Of a stretch of 64,000 nucleotides of DNA, positions 59,901 through 64,000 are shown piece by piece; within the stretch, counting starts at the first letter, position 1; every line of letters begins with the position of its first letter. The stretch is from contig JANJGN010000052.1 in the NCBI GenBank assembly GCA_026770705.1, positions 2,542,001-2,606,000 on the forward strand, given 5' to 3'. The translations under genes were made by a program, and so were the position numbers. The notes under the pieces are model-generated. The model ran no database searches, had not been told where the DNA came from, and was given only the letters and a program-made list of their open reading frames with translations. This DNA is from Isurus oxyrinchus (taxonomy: Eukaryota).

Positions 59901-62900
59901 TTAACCACTGCAGTCCATGTGGTGTAGGCGCACCCACAGTGCTGTTAGGGAGGGAGTTCCAGGATTTTGACCCAGCGACGGTGAAGGAACGGCCGATATA
60001 GTTCCAAGTCCCAGGGCAGACCACCACCTCAAGTTCACCTCCAAGTCAAACCCCTCACTGACTTGGAACTGTCTTGGTGGAAGAGGTTAAGTGTTTGGAA
60101 GGTGCTGTCGAAGGAGCCTTGGTGAGTTGCTGCAGCGCATCTTGTAGATGGTGCACACACTGCTGCCATTGTGTGCCAGTGGTGGAGGGTATGAATGTTT
60201 ATGCTGGTGGATTGGCTGTCGATCAAACAAGCTGCTCCTGGATGGTGTCGAGGTTCTTGAGTGTTGTTGGAGCTGCACTTATCCAGCCAAGTGGAGATTA
60301 TTCCATCACACTCCTGACTTGTGCCTTGTCCGATGGTGGACAGGCTTTGGGGAGTCAGGAGGTGAGTTACTCACCGCAGAGTTCCCAGCCTCTGACCCGC
60401 ATTTGTAGCCACATTATTTCCTGTTGCCGGGCTGTTGCCAGGGCCAATAGCCTTTGCTGTATCCAGTATCATCAGCTGATTCCTGATGTCACGTGGAGTC
60501 AATCGAATTGTCTGAAAGCTGACATCTGTGATGCTGGGACCCTCTGGAGGAGGCCGAGATGGATCATCCACTCAGCACTTCTGGCTGAACATGGTTGCCA
60601 ATGCTTCAGCCTTGTCATTTGCACTGATGTGCTGAGCTTCCCCATCATTAAGGATGGGGATATTTGTGGAACATCCTCCTCCTGTTAGATCTTTAATTGT
60701 CCATCACCATTCATGACTGGATGTGGCAGGACTGCAGAGCTTAGATCTGACCCGTTGGTTGTGGGATCGCTTTGCTCTGTCTATAGCATGTTGTTTCCGC
60801 TGTTTGGTGTGTATGTAGTCCTGTGTGTCACCTCAGCAGCTTGGCACCTCTGTTATATGTGAATCCTCCTTATAGAAACCTGCATGTACATGGATATTAT
60901 CAATAAATATTACATAGATAAATGTTATTTATACAGAGCTTTCATGCATAGACAATATCACTTCACAAGTTCAGAATTACTACATGTACATAGAGAACCA
61001 TTCTCAAACTGTACTGGAGTCATTCATTGGCTGATTTTACAGGGCGAGATTCCAATGAATGGAAAGCAGGATTGCTTGGAGCTGGAATCTGTTTGAGTGT
61101 TGGACTGAGTGGATTCTTCATCTTCAAGTGTGTGAGAAAGTAAGTGTGAAGCTTTAATTGGTTGTTTTTGAACATGTTTTCTTCAACCTTCTCTCCTTAT
61201 AGAAAGAACTTGCATTTCTATAACACCTTTCACAACCCAAAACCCTTCACAACCCCTGAAGAGCTTTGATGTTCACCTACTGTTTAACATCTCATCCAAC
61301 ACTCACTGTTTCACAACTCAGTCCTGTAACAGGCAGTGTTGACCTGGACCATAAAATACCTTGTGACTTCCTGAGGATGTGAAAGGGGATATATAAATGA
61401 AGACATTTCTTTTGTTAGTGAATGCAATCTCTTTCCATTTTCAGTGTCTAACTCACTCTCTCTCTTACCTCCACTAATGCTCTCCTTCTCATTCTCTCTC
61501 TCATTCACTCTCTCCCCAATCTCCACTAATGCTCTCCTTCTCATTCTTTCTCTCGTCCTCTTACACATTGTTCAGTATCTCACAATTTTAAGGAGCGCTG
61601 AGCAACGTCTGCTCCATCAGAAGATCGACCTCAACACCTGGAGCGAGCAGTGAATTGAAACTCGCTCAACGACTGTTCAGATTTACACAGGAATCACGAC
61701 ACAGAGTCAGGACACAAAGGGTTAACAGTTTGCTTACAACACAACACTAAGGCCTTACGTTTCAGTGAAAGGGTTTTCACAATTGTTCCCCAATTCCTGA
61801 TTTGACTCACAGAGACACATCAACCCTTTCTCATTAAATACACAGAGGGAGCAGCACAGGAAGAGGTCATTCAGCCCAGTCAGAGCGTGTGGGCAGTTCC
61901 TCCCCAGGCGAGCAGTCGGACAGGTACTGGGTAAGTAACGGAACGATTGGTACTCACTTCCACCACCAACACCGTCCTTTGTTGATGTTGTGACTTTATA
62001 AAGACAGATTCCAATGATTGATGCCTTTGAAAGATTTCTACTGATTATTGAGATCTGGGTGTGAGGCTCAGGTCTGTTGTACAGAACATCTTTCCTGGTA
62101 AATTATGCAGACAGGTTACACACAGTCTACGATTATATTCCCTCAGGTCTAGAAGATTAAGGAGTGATCTAATTGAGGGATTCAAAATGATTAAACACTC
62201 GAAAGGGTCGATAGAGAGAAGCTATTCCCTCGGGTGGGGGTGGGTGGTGGGGGTCGGGTGGAGTCCAGAACAAGGGGGCCGGAACTTCAGATTGGAGCCA
62301 GGCCATTCAGGGGTGATTTCAGGAAGCACTTCTTCACACAAAGGGGAGTGGAAATCTGGAACTCTCTCCTCAATAATCAAACCCAACACCGAATACACAT
62401 CATGTTGATTGTCACTCTGTCCATTTCCATCTCTATTACAGAAGAGAGGTGAGGGGAAAGCAGGAATCAAATCGAACCACCGTGTTGATGAATATCGAGG
62501 TCCTGTTTATGAAAACTGTGAGCGTGGTTGGGCTTTGAGGAATCAGGTGAGTCACACACCACAGGATCCCCAGCCTCTCAGCTGCTCCAGTAGCCTGGTT
62601 ATTGATATGGCTGCTCCAGTCCTGTATCTGCAATGTTTTATACAGTCACTCCCAAACCCAACCAAACTCACACCCAACACCATTCAGAATCAATAATCAA
62701 ACCCCGATCAGAATCAATAATCAAACCCCGTTCAGAATCAATAATCAAACCCCGTTCAGAATCAATAATCAAACCCCGTTCAGTATCAATAATCAAACCC
62801 CGTTCAGTATCAATAATCAAACCCCGTTCAGAATCAATAATCAAACACCGTTCAGAATCAATAATCAAACCCCGTTCAGAATCAATAATCAAACCCCGTT

Positions 62901-63656
62901 CAGTATCAATAATCAAACCCCGTTCAGAATCAATAATCAAACCCCGTTCAGTATCAATAATCAAACCCCGTTCAGAATCAATAATCAAACCCCGTTCAGT
63001 ATCAATAATCAAACCCCGTTCAGAATCAATAATCAAACCCCGTTCAGTTTCACTAATCAAACCCCGTTCTGTATCAATAATCCAACCCCGTTCAGAATCA
63101 ATAATCAAAACCCATTCAGTTTCAATAATCAAACCCCGTTCAGTATCAATAATCAAACCCCTTTCAGAATCAATTATCAAACCCTGTTCAGTGTAAATAA
63201 TCAAACCCCTTCCAGTATCAATAATCAAACCCCGTTCAGAATCAATTATCAAACCCCATTCAGAATGAATAATCAAACCCCGTTCAGAATCAATTATCAA
63301 AACCTGTTCAGAATCAATAATCAAACTCCGTTCAGAATCAATAATCAAACCCCGTTCAGAATCAATAATCAAACTCCGTTCAGTATCAATAATCAAACCC
63401 CGTTCAGTATCAATAATCAAACCCTGTTCAGTATCAATAATTAATGTATCTATTGTGGGTGGAATTTTTGATTTGGATCAATAATACTAAACACTGATCA
63501 CTCTGATTGTCACTCTGATCATTTCTGTTTCTATTACAGAAGAAAGATGAGAAGGATCTGGAAATGAAATCTCACCGCGGAGTCAATCCTGATACAGATG
63601 ATGATCTTTACGCAAACTGTGAATTTGCTGAGGATTCTGTTTATGGGAATTTATAA
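50900..63656 (+). CDS. Siglec-like gene C: V + 3 C2, Gly-rich TM, ITAM-like/YxN cytoplasmic tail (about 557 aa), putative activating receptor
   Basis: join(50900-50939, 53030-53398, 53799-54095, 58551-58832, 59494-59775, 61043-61139, 61846-61930, 62442-62546, 63540-63656) = 1674 nt, open, all GT-AG with compatible phases. Confidence 0.8.
52117..52275. repeat. 28-bp tandem repeat (tagacaatgaggatccaaagagattcct), 5-6 copies; 2 copies at the paralogous site about 19745-19801
   Basis: Read directly from the sequence. Confidence 0.9.
53030..53398 (+). CDS. Gene C Siglec V-set exon, essential Arg retained
   Basis: SCVQIPC, GDCSL, YFFRIE; 13 amino-acid differences from the gene B V domain by manual alignment. 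Confidence 0.93.
53799..54095 (+). CDS. Gene C linker C2 exon
   Basis: 297 nt, phase 1-1, paralog of 24755-25051. Confidence 0.9.
54315..55262. repeat. 33-bp (and 31-bp variant) SINE-derived satellite array
   Basis: Unit actgaccctccgacagtgcagcactccctcagt. Confidence 0.92.
55263..56150 (+). mobile_element. CR1 LINE piece (5' fragment fused to the 3' end) embedded in the satellite
   Basis: [22 protein letters not shown]..; ends in tggtcttatggtctt. Confidence 0.88.
56151..58430. repeat. 33-bp satellite array with a 627-bp (19-unit) higher-order duplication; smaller arrays at about 2900-3090, 5960-6210, 9050-9300, 11945-12160, 25170-25470, 37600-38140, 46150-46445, 47560-47825 and 49915-50005
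   Basis: 11-aa periodic ORFs; near-identical ORFs at 57198 and 57825, offset 627. Confidence 0.95.
58551..58832 (+). CDS. Gene C repeated C2 exon 1
   Basis: 282 nt, phase 1-1, near-identical to the gene B repeats. Confidence 0.9.
59494..59775 (+). CDS. Gene C repeated C2 exon 2
   Basis: 282 nt, phase 1-1. Confidence 0.9.
59810..60850 (-). mobile_element. LINE fragments (same family as 4245-4700)
   Basis: Minus ORFs [16 protein letters not shown].. and [22 protein letters not shown]. Confidence 0.8.
61043..61139 (+). CDS. Gene C transmembrane exon [33 protein letters not shown]
   Basis: ttttacag acceptor, aa|gtaagt donor; same 97-nt length and phase as the A and B TM exons but diverged in sequence. 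Confidence 0.85.
61846..61930 (+). CDS. Gene C cytoplasmic exon 1 ([29 protein letters not shown])
   Basis: 85 nt, phase 2-0, open; exactly bridges the phase-2 TM exon and the phase-0 YENC exon. Confidence 0.7.
62100..62370 (+). mobile_element. CR1 3' fragment
   Basis: [14 protein letters not shown]..; [16 protein letters not shown]. Confidence 0.8.
62442..62546 (+). CDS. Gene C cytoplasmic exon 2 ([35 protein letters not shown])
   Basis: ctctattacag acceptor, cag|gtgagt donor, 105 nt, phase 0-0. Confidence 0.78.
62684..63441. repeat. 24-bp minisatellite (agaatcaataatcaaaccccgttc), about 31 copies
   Basis: Read directly; gives 8-aa periodic ORFs. Confidence 0.95.
63540..63656 (+). CDS. Gene C terminal exon [38 protein letters not shown]
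   Basis: tttctattacag acceptor, phase 0, TAA at 63654-63656; two Tyr motifs 7 aa apart with acidic residues upstream. Confidence 0.78.
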   Translation, partial: KKDEKDLEMKSHRGVNPDTDDDLYANCEFAEDSVYGNL

Positions 63657-64000
63657 ACTGAGCAAGAATGAGACACACACAGTGTGGGGAGAATACAGAA
63701 TGGGAGAATCATTCAAAACTCCAATTTACCTTCCTAATATCCACAGGAACTCACTCCCAGGAAATAGATTTAAACCTCTTGTTACAATCTGATGGAATTT
63801 CTTCGGAATGATCTATCCAGGATGATTGTCTGTGGGCTTCAATTCGAACATCCTCCTTCAGAATTGTCCCTCACTGTTGGAAAAATCCTTCTCTCCAATC
63901 TGATTGTAAATGTCTTTAGATATCGTTCGATGATGTACCAGGACAGAACGGACAAATTCAATCCCGTGTCCTTGATTATGAGTTAATTTTCATTCTGTTA

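Noticed and set aside
61593-61653. Alternative phase-2 short tail for gene C ([20 protein letters not shown])
   Set aside because: In frame, but the acceptor is weaker (ttttaag with an upstream competing AG) and there is no paralog support; the three-exon Tyr tail fits better. Not formally excluded.
62602-63444. 280/250/187-aa periodic ORFs (INNQTPF..)
   Set aside because: 24-bp minisatellite open in several frames; lies in the predicted intron between two tail exons.

Overview
Eukaryotic, repeat-rich window with 10 N-gaps. The repeat content (DeuSINE-type SINEs, CR1-type LINEs, Penelope elements) suggests a cartilaginous fish (inference). It holds a tandem + strand cluster of three Siglec (CD33/CD22/MAG-like) genes that I assembled by hand from GT-AG sites and exon phases; several key exons are absent from, or not delimited by, the ORF track. 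Gene A (3' part only, 3221-12549): one visible C2 Ig exon, a TM exon with an intramembrane Glu, and three tandem copies of a two-exon cytoplasmic cassette, each with its own AATAAA. In all three tails the proximal ITIM is broken and the distal TEYAQI motif is kept. Gene B (18516-38673, about 1129 aa): signal peptide, Arg-containing V-set domain, a stop-disrupted second V exon, a linker C2, eight near-identical C2 exons, a neutral TM and an ITIM (ILYANI) + ITSM-like (TEYAQI) tail. Gene C (50900-63656, about 557 aa): a near-identical but short ectodomain (4 Ig), a divergent Gly-rich TM and an unrelated three-exon tail ending in [19 protein letters not shown] (ITAM-like, three YxN motifs). The best candidate for an undescribed system is a paired Siglec cluster (inhibitory, switch-type, putatively activating) in which the activating member carries its own ITAM-like tail rather than a mid-membrane DAP12-binding residue. 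Other features: a 3.9 kb intergenic palindrome, an inverted Penelope insertion with hammerhead motifs, nested LINE/LTR insertions and SINE-derived 33-bp satellites. All gene models are predictions without transcript support.
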